DNA of 54,877 nucleotides, counting the filler, from Basidiobolus ranarum (Eukaryota), in NCBI GenBank assembly GCA_040143965.1. It is 4 parts of 4 records of this genome, joined end to end, with 100 filler letters (N's around TTAATTAATTAA, not from the genome) between each part and the next. Parts side by side here need not be neighbours in the genome. Positions count along the whole stretch, not along the records: positions 27,511 to 41,145 come from JASJQH010007346.1; 3 more parts are not named here. One strand, given 5' to 3'. Under the pieces are notes generated by a model. The model was not told the origin of the DNA and did not search any database. It saw only the letters and a list, made by a program, of their open reading frames with translations. Made by a program: the position numbers and the translations under genes. Shown here piece by piece: positions 27,411 through 39,660 of the stretch (position 1 is the first letter of the stretch; the number at the start of each line of letters is the position of its first letter).

Positions 27411-27510
27411 NNNNNNNNNNNNNNNNNNNNNNNNNNNNNNNNNNNNNNNNNNNNTTAATTAATTAANNNNNNNNNNNNNNNNNNNNNNNNNNNNNNNNNN
27501 NNNNNNNNNN
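27411..27510. other. Artificial contig linker N44-TTAATTAATTAA-N44
   Basis: Same 100-nt linker as at 13660. Confidence 0.98.
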
Positions 27511-27643
27511 CTATTTTCTGAAAAGATTACAAAAACATTAGGTATCAAGCTTCCCTATTCTATAAGATCAGTTCAAGAAATAACATACTAATTTTGTATT
27601 CCTTATCCTTGTTTATTGCTATTGGATCCTCCCTCTATAAAAG

Positions 27644-28276
27644 AAATTGGGTAGCTTCTTAGAAGGCCTTATGGAAAATAATCACATCGAAGATGGAGTG
27701 ATCGCACAGGACCACACTCAGGTGAATACCCGTCTTTTGAATTTAGATATTTTTACACGTAGGCAAGAAACATTATCTAAACTTCTGATTCGTAATTACT
27801 AGTGCAACAACCTCTGGTCCATTCGGGAATCACTTGGTGAAGCATGCGGAGCAACAGTGCCAATATACAAGTACGACATAAGCCTCCCGGTTCCAGTACT
27901 ATACCGTTTAGTGGAAGATCTCCGAAAACGCTTGATTGACCATGGAGTCATGGGACCCCAGGGATCGGTTAATGATGTGGTAGGGTTTGGACATATTGGA
28001 GATGGGAATATACATTTGACTGTGTTTGCCAAAGAGTTCGATCCCAAAGTGAAATCACTCATAGAGCCGTATATATACGAATGGACTAGTCAATACCGAG
28101 GATCAATTGCAGCAGAACACGGCCTTGGCATCAAGAATTCAGAGTTCATTAAGTACTCGAAATCACCAGCCATGGTCAATATGATGGGTCAAATCAAAAA
28201 TGTCATTGATCCAAACGGAATTATGAACCCATACAAAGTCTTCAATAATGTACGGGATTGTCAAGAACTACAATAA
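27644..28276 (+). CDS. DLD2: 3' part of a D-2-hydroxyglutarate/D-lactate dehydrogenase (FAD-linked oxidase C-terminal domain)
   Basis: Exons 27644-27721 and 27803-28276. Motifs DGVIAQD.TQ..NLWSIRE, YKYDISLP, GFGHIGDGNIHL, GSIAAEHGLG and DPNGIMNPYK. Confidence 0.9.
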
Positions 28277-29390
28277 TGCTATCCATAATGATGCCCCCAT
28301 AAACAAAGCCCTATCAAATAGTAATCCAAGTTTTGTGCCTAACCTATCGAAGTGGAAAGTATAACACTTCGAGGAGGCAATATTTCAACTCTAATTCTAC
28401 GTACTATCATTTATTCTAGTGAATTACTATGGCCTGTTCCAGACATCTTGACTATACTCAGAGTTTGGCATACCAAATAGAATTAATAAATTCGAAGGCA
28501 TTTATATTTAAATCATATAAGTTATACTACTGATGATAATACCTTCAATTTACAGCCTCAATAGGAGGTAGAGCCACAGAATCCATGTTGATCTTGAGCT
28601 CCAAGCAATGTAACTCATCCTTCAAGATTCAAATGTCTCTTTTCTAGTCATATACTTCTAGATATGGTAAAACGGTAAGAGTGGCAATTCACAAAGAATG
28701 ATATAAAATACTGAGGGACGTCTGGCTTGACTGGATAAAACACAAGTATCTTCAGAATATTTATATATATGCTTCTCTAGTCACAACGATGTCTCATATT
28801 TGAGGTGTCTAAACCTTTTTTTAAATATATTCTGGAAATGTGTGTAGTTCAGAAACACCAAATCCTTTGTTACATTATTCAAGTCAAAACACGGCTATAT
28901 CATTTATAACATGGAGTTTAAGCCAAATGCAAACAAACACCATAAGTACTATGCTTACAACGGAACTTTATCGAGAGAGACTGATACTACCATTAAAGTA
29001 GAAATATGTAAACTTGATTCATTTAATTAAAGCTAGTGCTGAACAATTTGTTTCTAATCGATATTGTAAGCAGTTGAGAATCACCGTTTAAGGGCTAATT
29101 CAATCGAGACAAATAGAATGAAACATTGAGTAAAATGGTCATATCTAGAATTGGTTTAATATGATCGATGATAAACAGTTTCACCTATTCCTTAGTGAAA
29201 GAATTTACTTTCCAGTTGGTATAAATATTCGCTACTACTTGCTAATGCCTTCGAAAGATACTTTTAATTTCGATACGATACCTTTACGTTTGGTAGTTCT
29301 TTAACTCTTGGGCACGACGTACTATCTTGGTTTTTACTTGGAAAACTGATACCCGTTTATAATCAATTTACAAAAGCAAGTTAACAGGAT

Positions 29391-29939
29391 ATGCTGCATC
29401 ATTCACGCAGAGGATGGATTCTCTTGATGCTTAGTTCGCTCTTACTTATCTTAAAGGCAACGAAAATAAGTGGAACTATCCCCAATGAAGGTATGGAAAT
29501 ATTGGAAGCATCCATACCTAGCAATGATGCAAGCACCGATTACAATTCTATTCTTAGGGAACTCTTTGAAACCTTGTCCCAAGAATTGATTCCTCAACCC
29601 TGTGATATACTAGATAGTCAGTTAGAGAGGGAATTTCCAGAGCGTTATTTCATCACTCGTAGTAGGGGAAGACATAGCTATCCTTGGAAGAGATTCAGAC
29701 AACAGGGACGAGCTATCATTAATCAAGCAATCGATGGTCGCACTACAGTTCATGAACGCCTTCCTCTGTCAAAAAGCTATTTAAGGTCTCCTAGTACGCA
29801 CTTCAAACACCCAAAACACCTTAGTCAAGAGAAAACTGAAAAGTCCACTTTTAAAGACAAAATGCTGTTGAGTAAGAGTAGGATTGTTCGTGAGCGGTCA
29901 AATTCAGCTTGGAGTGGTAAAGGGCTCCATGTACTCTGA
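29391..29939 (+). CDS. Hypothetical protein with a signal-peptide-like N-terminus
   Basis: 182-codon ATG ORF in AT-rich surroundings, with hydrophobic residues 9-22. No recognisable family. Confidence 0.45.
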   Translation: MLHHSRRGWILLMLSSLLLILKATKISGTIPNEGMEILEASIPSNDASTDYNSILRELFETLSQELIPQPCDILDSQLEREFPERYFITRSRGRHSYPWKRFRQQGRAIINQAIDGRTTVHERLPLSKSYLRSPSTHFKHPKHLSQEKTEKSTFKDKMLLSKSRIVRERSNSAWSGKGLHVL

Positions 29940-31189
29940 AAAATCTCAGGATCTTCCAAAGCAGTTACCTGAATCTGGGATAGGTAGAAGCTGGAATGAA
30001 GTGTCAAGAACCCAATGAACCAAGATAAACTCCAACATAAATAACTACAAGCTTAGAAAGTCAACTCGTATCTAGACGAAAAATGCCATGCCAACTGGAT
30101 CCGAAGAATGATCAGTACAACTTGATATAATTTCTAGCAAGGTGAGGTCAGTCCAGAATCTTTGGCTAGTTATTAAAAAACAGAAGAACTTACTTGAATC
30201 TCTTTGCCAGTAAGACTAAGGACTTCACTTTCGTTGGTTTTATTCATGACCTACCTCTATCATATCATTTTTTAACACCATTAATCCTTGGTCAATAAAC
30301 TCAATTTTGCTACCCATTCTTTAGCAAGTTTATATCTGCATGATTGTTTTACAATCAAAGATAGACTTGGACTTTATATCCACACTTTAGGAGTTATTAT
30401 ACTGGACCTTTAGGTTTATTACTGTATATGATTCGTGACAAGTTGTATCGATTTTCACCAAACTTTCATTGTAGGATATTATGCCAATAAATCTTTTTAG
30501 CTTTCACTATTCAAATAAATTTATGCAAAATATGCATCCAAGCCTCAATCCATATATGGCTAATTTAACACTTCACTTTATGAATATCTCTTGCTTCATT
30601 TGCTCTCCCGTCATTTAAAATATTAGTTGGATATAGTAATACCGGGGAGTATCGCGTAGAAGAATATAATGTGCAATATATTAGACTTCGCTAGCTACTC
30701 TACAATTGTGTCTTTACACTCACGACCATTTTTCCAACTAGGGTTGGCTCGGTGTAACTACTGGGGTGAGATTATCATATGATAGTATTAAGAATTTATT
30801 GTCATAGAGATGATGATCCGGAGTTAATGCTCTTTTCTATCTCGATATATATTAATAGCATGAATCTTACTTGATTACCACAGGTTTTGATGGTACCAAC
30901 TAACCAAGAGCTTCTACAAAGAGTAATGACAAAGGCAATAAGAGTGCTCTTATTCATATAAGATTACACCATTGCTCTTTCCCTAATAGAGAGCTGAGAG
31001 CTATCAAGTAAACTCTGAATAAGCTTCTAGAATGGCTATGACTACAGCCTGACTAATTTGTTTATTGTAATGAAATATAAATAGGGGATATGATACAGGT
31101 CTAGGGTAATACGTAATTCTTTTCCAGAATAAACAACGCCAAGTAGCTAATTTACATGGAGGATTTATCTCTCAAATCAATGATCGTTC

Positions 31190-32912
31190 TTACAGCTGTA
31201 GACGCTTAGAAGCCACTAAAGGATAATCGATACGGATGTAATGCTGATCAATACTCGCCAGCATATTGTTGGATAGGTTCTGGGTAGTACGTGAATACCG
31301 TGTCACTGATAATCTCTCCAATTTTAAGCAACACTTCATTAAATTAGAAACGGTCAGATCGGTAACTCCAGGTTGATCAGTGAATATTAACTCACGTAAA
31401 TCGTGAGCATACTGAGCTATTTGTACAAGAGTATAATCCCTAGTGGGTAAATGGGATAAATTCAAACGTTGAAGCTGATGTCCTCGTTGGGATAAAAATT
31501 TCCCGAGATTCTCACTAAACTCTGGGCGACTTGAGAGTTTAGCGAAGCTAAGGTCTTGAAGTCTATGACAATTTTCAAAGATCTTTACAAGCCCTAAATG
31601 GGTAATGCAAGTATCACTGACATCAAGTTGCCGGAGTCTATGTCCACAACTCTGGGCAATGGCAGCAATAGAATCATCCATGATATTGGTACTAGCAAGA
31701 GAAAGTCTCTCCAAACCCGAGCAACGTTCGGCAATTGATTTGCCTACATGGGATGGTAGGATTGCTCCTACTATAGTGAGATTCTTGAGATGGTCGCCAA
31801 TTTTAGTAAATAAATTATCCCACGATTCGTACGCAAAAAGATTACGATACGAAACGCAGGCCAAATCCAAAGTCTTGAGTTTAGGTGAAAGTGACTCGGC
31901 TAGGGCCTGGACGATATTATTATTCAATCTGACTCCTGAAAGCTTTAACGTTTCTAAGCTGTAAAATGACTTGAGCAAACACCTAGTGAACCTTTCAGAG
32001 TATATGGGCCAATCGTTGAAGAAGATCATGCAAAATTCCTTCAGTTGTCCTGCGTAATTCATCTGTAAATCTTTGCAAAATTCGTCTAAAAGCTCATCCC
32101 CTAAGCCGGAAAAAGTACTTAGACTCAGTCCAGTGATTTCTGGGCAATATCTGGCAAGAGTTCTCACAATGTATCTAGGAGTGTATCGGGAATCAATACC
32201 GAATTTACGAAGCTTGGGTACTTTAGCTAGCAGCAGCTCTAACACTTGAATATCAAACTCTGCCCCAAAAGTGACCGAAATTGATTTGACGTTGGGAAGA
32301 GTTGGGATAGATGACAATACAGATATGTCATAAGGGCTGTTTGATGGTTGTGCGGCCTTAAAAAGGATCCCTATCTTACTTAGCTTTTTCAATGAGCTCA
32401 GAATTGAAACAAGCAGGGTTAAGCCATCCATACTTAATTCAATGTTCAGATCATGAATTTCTTCGAGGTGGGTCATGTGACATAGACAGTCTAATGCCAT
32501 CGAGGTATTTCCCCATATTAGAGGAAGGTGAAGTGCCCGTAAATTCAACAAGGCCGTTAATACTGGCGTGGTATTGACCACAGTTTCGGGCGTATATTCT
32601 GTTAGTTCGAATCTTCCTACAAGACTAGTTACTAGAGGAGAGTTAGCGATTTCTTCATGAAATATATCTGAGCCCAGCAATCATCGACGACTTACAAAGT
32701 GGATTGTCTACAACAGTTCTCCTAAACGACGTGAAATGCTTTTGAGAAGCAAAATAAGGGGAGTACCATAAATACGGCATGCCCAACGCATACCAAGTCT
32801 TGTTTACCAAACAACATGAATAAAGTTGATATATATCATGTTGAAGATAGGAAAAAACTTGGGCCCATATCTCCGGGGAGAATTTCAATGTCTGTAAAGA
32901 GGCGCCTTGCAT
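31190..32912 (-). CDS. F-box/leucine-rich repeat (RNI-like) protein, 2 exons, 552 aa
   Basis: Exons 32912-32696 and 32631-31190 join in frame across a 64-nt GTAAGT...CTAAC...TAG intron. F-box FSPEIWAQVFSYL...LYSCCLVNKTW; LRRs such as LERLSLAST.I.D..I..IAQSC and LRQLDVSDT.IT. Confidence 0.9.
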
Positions 32913-35462
32913 TCTGAGAGATGAAAGGGGAGAAGCAGTATTTGGTGTGTGAAATAGAACGGATGTTCTGGCATTTTATATTCTTAACGGCTTGATCAAT
33001 GAGCACATAAACCTGGTTGGTTGTAGGGAATTTGAGAAAGTGAAATTGCTAATTGAAAAGATTGTGCTTCTAAAATAGCAAACAACCCCGTCTGTGATCC
33101 AAACCGGATCGCTTATCAGTATATCAGGAAAAGGAAAGAATTACTGCAATCGTATCGAATTGTAAAGGATTCGATGAAGCAGTCATGAGGCAGTCTCACT
33201 TTAACTTATTTAATAATCAAAAACAATTAGTGCTTGAAAAAAGGAGCAGTTAGTTCAGGTTTCTTGGATAGTTTCGCGGATTTTCCCATGAATTGATCTG
33301 CCAATGACAAGGTATAAGCATTCTGATACATTCCAAAGACATTTACCCTTTACAATATCAACTGACCATAACTCACTTTGACTCTATTATCTCACAATCA
33401 TGTATAAAGCAACCGTGATTCGCCCAGATATGGAGATTTGCATACGAAATGTATATTGCTAGGACTATCTTAAATCAGTTGTGCGCTAAAGCTGTTATAG
33501 TGCAAAGCGAATCCCAAGTCAGGCAAAGATATGCACCAAGGGCACACGAATGCTTAGAAAGTGCTCTGAAAGGAACTGCCTGAGTACATACACCAGTTTT
33601 GCTCGCCTTTGCAAACAAAACAAGCGCACAGTAGAAGTGCCTCCAATACAGTGTCCGACTTCTCTACAGTAAACAATTCAATAGGGATCGTCGTTAAGCT
33701 CGAATGCTATGACAGAGCCTAACATCAGTTCTGCCACCTTTTAGGCATTGCATATCAGTTTGGGCTAAATTGCTTGAACGTGACTGCTTACCCTTATCGA
33801 TCACAATACAGATATTGATATTGACATAGTCATTGACCAGTTGGAAGCCAAGAAAGGGACATCTTATCGGATATAGCATGTCGACCGAGCTTTAATGATG
33901 ATATCAGTTGAGACGCACTCTACTCACGAGATCTGTGTCTAATATATCTGATTGGCCTATTGTGTCACTATTCAACTCATCACCTGAGTTGGCTCAGAAT
34001 GCCCCTAGATTGCTCCTTTTTCATCTTCTTTATACTCCCGCTGCTGGATGAACTCAGCTGAAACAATCAAGCGCATCAATGCCCATTACCTCACCAATAT
34101 TTGTTTGATCTAGATATGCAGTAACAGGGTGCATCCCAAGTCAGGCGCCAGATATTTGTAGTTGCTAGACACTTTCTGAATAGACACGGATATCCACCGC
34201 ATATCTGATTTAGGTCAAATGCTCAAGTAAATTGCTTAATTAGGCTAGCCCTGGTACCAAGCTTAATGAGTTGGGCGGAGAATTGGCTACAGATAGATAT
34301 TACTACTTCCCAACAACGAGGAGAATCTTCTGAGTAATGGCCTGTCTACATATGCCCGAAATACCCGAATCCAAGTATTACGGTGTTACTAACCCTAGGC
34401 TTGGGTTGCAGTATATGCTGGGTTTCGAGAAAACCGTGACAAAAAATTCACATGGGAGTGAGTCCTTATCCTGTTGGCATCCGATATGCCAGACATCACC
34501 CAAGCCTTCAATTGACGCTATTCCATCTCTAGGGTTTAGGTTGGTTGCTTTTCGTAGGGCTACTCCTCCATGACACGCCGCAAGCACGTAAATCAGTTTC
34601 ACTGTTTCAAGATCGATTGTTATACAGTGAAGTAGCCACGCGAAATCCACTCATCTTTGATGATTCAGATAGCAACCACACTTGAGGTCAGTAAACCAAC
34701 ACAGCCAATTCACAGACAAACAGAAAATCATTTGTACGAATCATTCAGTCGAATGACGCTCTTTTCGTTTGATAATTTACTGATTCATATAATTGTTTCC
34801 ACAAGGAACTATCTGGATTCTCCACATCTCTATCTGTAACATTCATGACAAAATCAACTGGTTTAGACTGTCCAACAAAGCGATTACTTGAATTTGGAAT
34901 TTCAATTACGCACCATGATTTATAATTCATCCATCACATGATTCATGCCTCTAATGCAATAGAAGCCTCAACCACCTTCAAGGTTTGTAGTAATTGCCGA
35001 TAATCAATGAGATATATAGTGCATACCGATGCTAAAAGTTATACTTTCTCGTTGAGATTTTATTGCGCCAAAGCATGTTGAAAGTAAATGAAAATGATGC
35101 ATTATCAGTCAATCTAATGCAATACTGGATTAAATTGGGCATAATTTTGATTTTCTAACTAAGCAGCCTTTGCACTATTATGGTGCTCTCTATGGTTCAC
35201 CTCATTTCAAAATTCTAATCCTAATCATTAATACTTTAGGTTTACTGTAGCCTTGCTCAGCGTAATGTTAGATAGTCATCCGCAACATCGCCTGATCACT
35301 AATACAGCTTACTTTGACATACCAGGTGTGTATTGGAGTATTTTGGTAGTTATTGGAAGTGGTCTGGAGAACTAGATGAATTATTAGTTTTCACTTAATG
35401 ATTTATTGAGTGTGAGTTAACTTTTATACTTTTGTCAAGAGGTAGGCAAACCAACGGGTCGA

Positions 35463-35990
35463 GTACAAAGTTTGGGGTCACTTGGACATATGAGAAAGTC
35501 ATATAATCTTCAAACTTCCAAGTTGGTGAAAATATTCCAAGTAAATTCCGAGCGAAGATATTGAATAATAGCATGGTGAAATTTAGGTAGCTCACTGTAT
35601 GACTATGTATATACTTAAGCTATGGTATTTTCAACAGTGTAATGCATCAGTAGTTTTCAAAGTGTTAAAGTCTTTTGAGAGTTTGTTGAAAGTGGTTTGG
35701 AGAATTCGAAGAATGGGTGATGTTCACTTATTTATGGAGTTGAAAGTTGAAACTTGGAGTTTTGTCGAGATGTGAGCAAATACACGTGTAGAATGTGTCA
35801 AGGAAGGCCCCAGGAACATGTGTGCAAAGTTTGGGGCTTCTTTGAAAAATCTATATATCTGAGTACTTCTAAGTAAATCCCTCTTGAGAATAGTGAGTGA
35901 TATCTTAGTGAAATATGAAATAACTAAATACTAAGCTATATATGACTATGTAGGTGCTTAGGCTAATTTCAACAGTGAATGCTACTAATA
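35463..35990. repeat. Degenerate direct repeat (two copies about 330-360 nt apart), possible DNA-transposon relic
   Basis: Colinear shared blocks: GT(A/G)CAAAGTTTGGGG (35463/35822), AAGTAAAT(T/C)CC (35539/35871), TATGACTATGTA (35598/35941) and TTTCAACAGTG (about 35629/35967). Confidence 0.6.
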
Positions 35991-38900
35991 AGTCACTGAA
36001 TACATTTTTTAGGGATTGGCAATATCATATTACTACTCTTGTTGACAGATTATACTCCCCTATAGCTACTACATACATACAGCAAAGTGTATTATCAACT
36101 TGTTTAATGTATTAGCTTTCATACTTTTGTACATCGCTATTCAAGCTTGTTGCATGCCACAATACTATGATTATATCATAATTACTTCAACTGTGGATCA
36201 TTCACTTCTTACATAGTCATTGAACTTACTACATGTGTCATGTATACAGTCAATAAGGAGGAACTTTTATGAGAGGCATTGAGAATAAATTTGTTCCCAG
36301 AGCTGTTCTGGGCTACATAATCAAATTATGTATACTATAGTATGCAATATGAGAACTGTGAGCTCTATAATGTATATTATATATTAAAAACAAATTCCAA
36401 CAAAAGCAGCTAGAATAGAAGCTGGCTTTTATGCATAGTAAATATCTCCCAACTTGGCTTCTTTAAATTTTATCAATTCATGAACAGATCAGATGTCATT
36501 TCTCCTTTGTATTTAACAGTGCTTGATACCAGTTCAATAGATTGGGAAAGTATTACAGATGTATGAAATTTCCTATTTGTAGCTTCAGACTTAGAGGCAT
36601 CTGGACGAGCAAGCAATATTCTCTACTCTAACATTAGATTTCTTGAGTGCCGAAGCAGAGTAATCAGCCGAGCAGTAAGTGCTTCAAGTTAGAGAGGTCA
36701 ATATAGATACCCAATTTAGTTGCAATGAATCCACTGAAGTCAAATGAGCAGAATAAATTTCAGTTCAATTGACTTTGCTTCTTTGAAACTCACCTTGTCC
36801 CAACCTTGACCTAGCTGAATAAGCACCACCAGGTTGATAACTGCATTAGGTAAAGGCGAACAAACTTTGTGTCTATTGATTAAAAAGAACTCATTGTTTA
36901 GCAGAAATAATGGATAATCGATAACAACTATGAAACAACGTAACAATGCACATACAGACACATAGCATGCTATAAATGGAGATTTTCAATAACGATTAGT
37001 AAGATGTGAACAACCTCGGAAAATCTGTTAGTAAACCTCATATCGTGAACTCTAGCCATGCACTTGATATTTTCTACCTTCATGCAACTCTGGAAACTTG
37101 TTTCTGCAGTTTAACAAGCCAGATTCAAGCACTATGGAGCATAGATGGACCATCTAATGGCAATGCCTTTGGTCAATCTCAGAGTGGTTTAGATTGGTAA
37201 TAGGACTCAGTTCATCATGGTTATATTCTTGGCCTGGATACCGAGTAACATATGAAACTAGAGGCTCACCAGTTAAATCACAATTGAGTAGTGCACTATG
37301 TACGGTAATATTGTATATTTTGTACACGTCTGGTATAATCTGCAATATAATCCATGGTATATGACTCATCTATATAAGTTTGTGCGGAAATAACTCTTGC
37401 GGTGTAAAGGTAACTGTGATCTTGGCGGAAATTGAGGAATGTGTAGAAGACTATTCCGGAACGAATTGTCACTTAATAATAAAACCATATAACTGGGGCA
37501 ATGAAAGAAAAAAGTACGTACTACAACCAATTTACCGAACCGAAATTTCACCTGACATATGACTATATGTAGAAGTTACGGTGCAACGCTCACAGTGCAG
37601 CAATTCGGGTTTTTCTGCTTTTCCCACACACAACCAACTCCTGGTAGATTGGGTCATAAGAAGGTTCTCACGGTCTCATTTCCCAGGTTCGCTCTACACT
37701 CCTCGATAGGGATTCGTCCTACTTCTTCTGTTCCTTATCTTACAAGTGGAACCCAATGCAACCTATGTTAGTGGAATCGTAAAATCTTCAACAGTGACCG
37801 CAAGTTATATTCACTTAACATACTTGATGTAGCATATTATTGGTTTACATATTTTACAACCCCATTGGATGGTTAATACCAAACTGGTTCTACTGAAACC
37901 ATTTGAGCTGACCTCATTGCCCATTAGATTGTATGAAAATTAATGAGCAAATTCAGCGTCGCACTTGGGGATTGAGGTGAGAATTGTGGGGCATGGAGAT
38001 TTGCATCAGTCACTATGCCCCATCATCATTGTGTAGCAGGCACATCGATGACTAGAACTGAATTCCTGACGAGAAACTCGACTGTTCAACCGGGACACGT
38101 TACTCTAACTGATCAAATGGTAGAGTCCATCAGGTCTGGATACTGCACACTTAGATGCATCATTAGTATTGTAAAAGCAATCGCTACTCGGCGAAAGGAG
38201 CGAGAACCTGGATATTCCTCTTTGCAAGCGCCTGAAACTCCTTGATTCGGTTCTGATGAGATACCGAGTACACTTGGATACCAGAGCACCAGTAATCTTT
38301 GCTGGGATTCCTAGACAGCCTCTCAAACACTTCAGCTCACCCAACGTCTCAATGACGTAGATATCACATTCGCACGCTTAACTCTGGTCTTGTACGATTC
38401 GCTCCAATTTTGTGAGGTCACCTTGATTAACCTGGAGCCTGCTTGTGTCGATTTTGAACGGTTTAACAGATCAGGACACGATCAGTGTGGCTCCCGAACT
38501 CAAGTTTAAACCAGGTTTAGATATTTTTACTCAACTTTGACGTCCTTCATGAATGATTGTGTCTAACGCGCGCGTCAGAATAGAAAATCGTTTGTACTCA
38601 TTATCTTGGTAATGAGATCTGAGTCACATGGCTCCTGACCTGCATCTAACGTAAATTCCCAAATTTGTACGGAGCTCTCTAGGCGGTATGTATACTTTAG
38701 TATTTCAATTATTCTGTCAACAACCATGAACCTTGGATCATGCTTCCAGTGTGATGGAAGAATACTGGGCAAACATTACGATTTACCCCTCAGCCTCCCA
38801 ACTGACATACAGTTATGATCTAGAGCGTGGGAGTCAATAGATGAAATTCCAGGCAATTGGTTACTGGAAGGTGCGAATTTCCTTCCCAAAGCGTACCAAG

Positions 38901-39555
38901 TTACTCACCTGAGTGATATTCTCCCCACACTTTCCGAGAATGCACTTTAACCACGCCTCATGAGCATTACATAGTGGTTCTTACCAACTGCCCAATATTT
39001 GCGCATGAAGCAATCAATCAGCCAGCCCACTCGACGCAAGTAGGCTCATTCATTTACTCAATTCAGAGTGGGACCGTGAGCATTTCTAAGAACATCGCAA
39101 TTGCCCACAGTTCCACTAAATATCTCAATGCATTCAAATTGGTTGAACTAAAGATTAGTCTTTACATGTAGATTAGCCAAATCGTATTGATTCGAAAAAT
39201 TCCCTAATTGTATTGACCTCATGCAATGTCTCAACAGTAACGACTCAGCATTCCCCATATGGCACCCATTTTGAATTAGTTGTCTCTCATCTGCAAGACT
39301 AACAATTCTTTTTTTAGGCATTTTTAGATTAGCTTTTTGGAATTGTAACAACCGCTTAAGCTAAAAAGCTTTAGAGTTCTAAGTTATTCCAAGTTCGGGA
39401 ATAAATATTTCCCATTTCCCAATTATGGCAATTTCATAGTTCGATTTTAAAACCCTTATTTTTCTTTGGTTAGATGATAGGGAATCTTATAAAGCTTATC
39501 ATGTTTGAGGATCATGTGAGTATGCGCGTTAAACATAGGTCCAACAGATCAACAC

Positions 39556-39563
39556 TATAAAAA
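39556..39563 (+). promoter_or_regulatory. TATA box of the DAACS transporter gene
   Basis: TATAAAAA about 100 nt upstream of ATG 39661. Confidence 0.5.
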
Positions 39564-39660
39564 CCCAAGCAGGCGTCAACTGAAAAGGCACCAGCCTCTT
39601 CATTCACATCCTTTAGCATCCAGCTATTTCAAGTGAAAAGATCCACGCTCCGCAGATATC

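Noticed and set aside
32655..32695. Apparent frameshift between the F-box and LRR ORFs
   Set aside because: Resolved by a canonical 64-nt intron.
33895..33951. ATGATGA...CTGA as a C/D box snoRNA
   Set aside because: Short, with a weak terminal stem and no rRNA-complementary guide that I can recognise.
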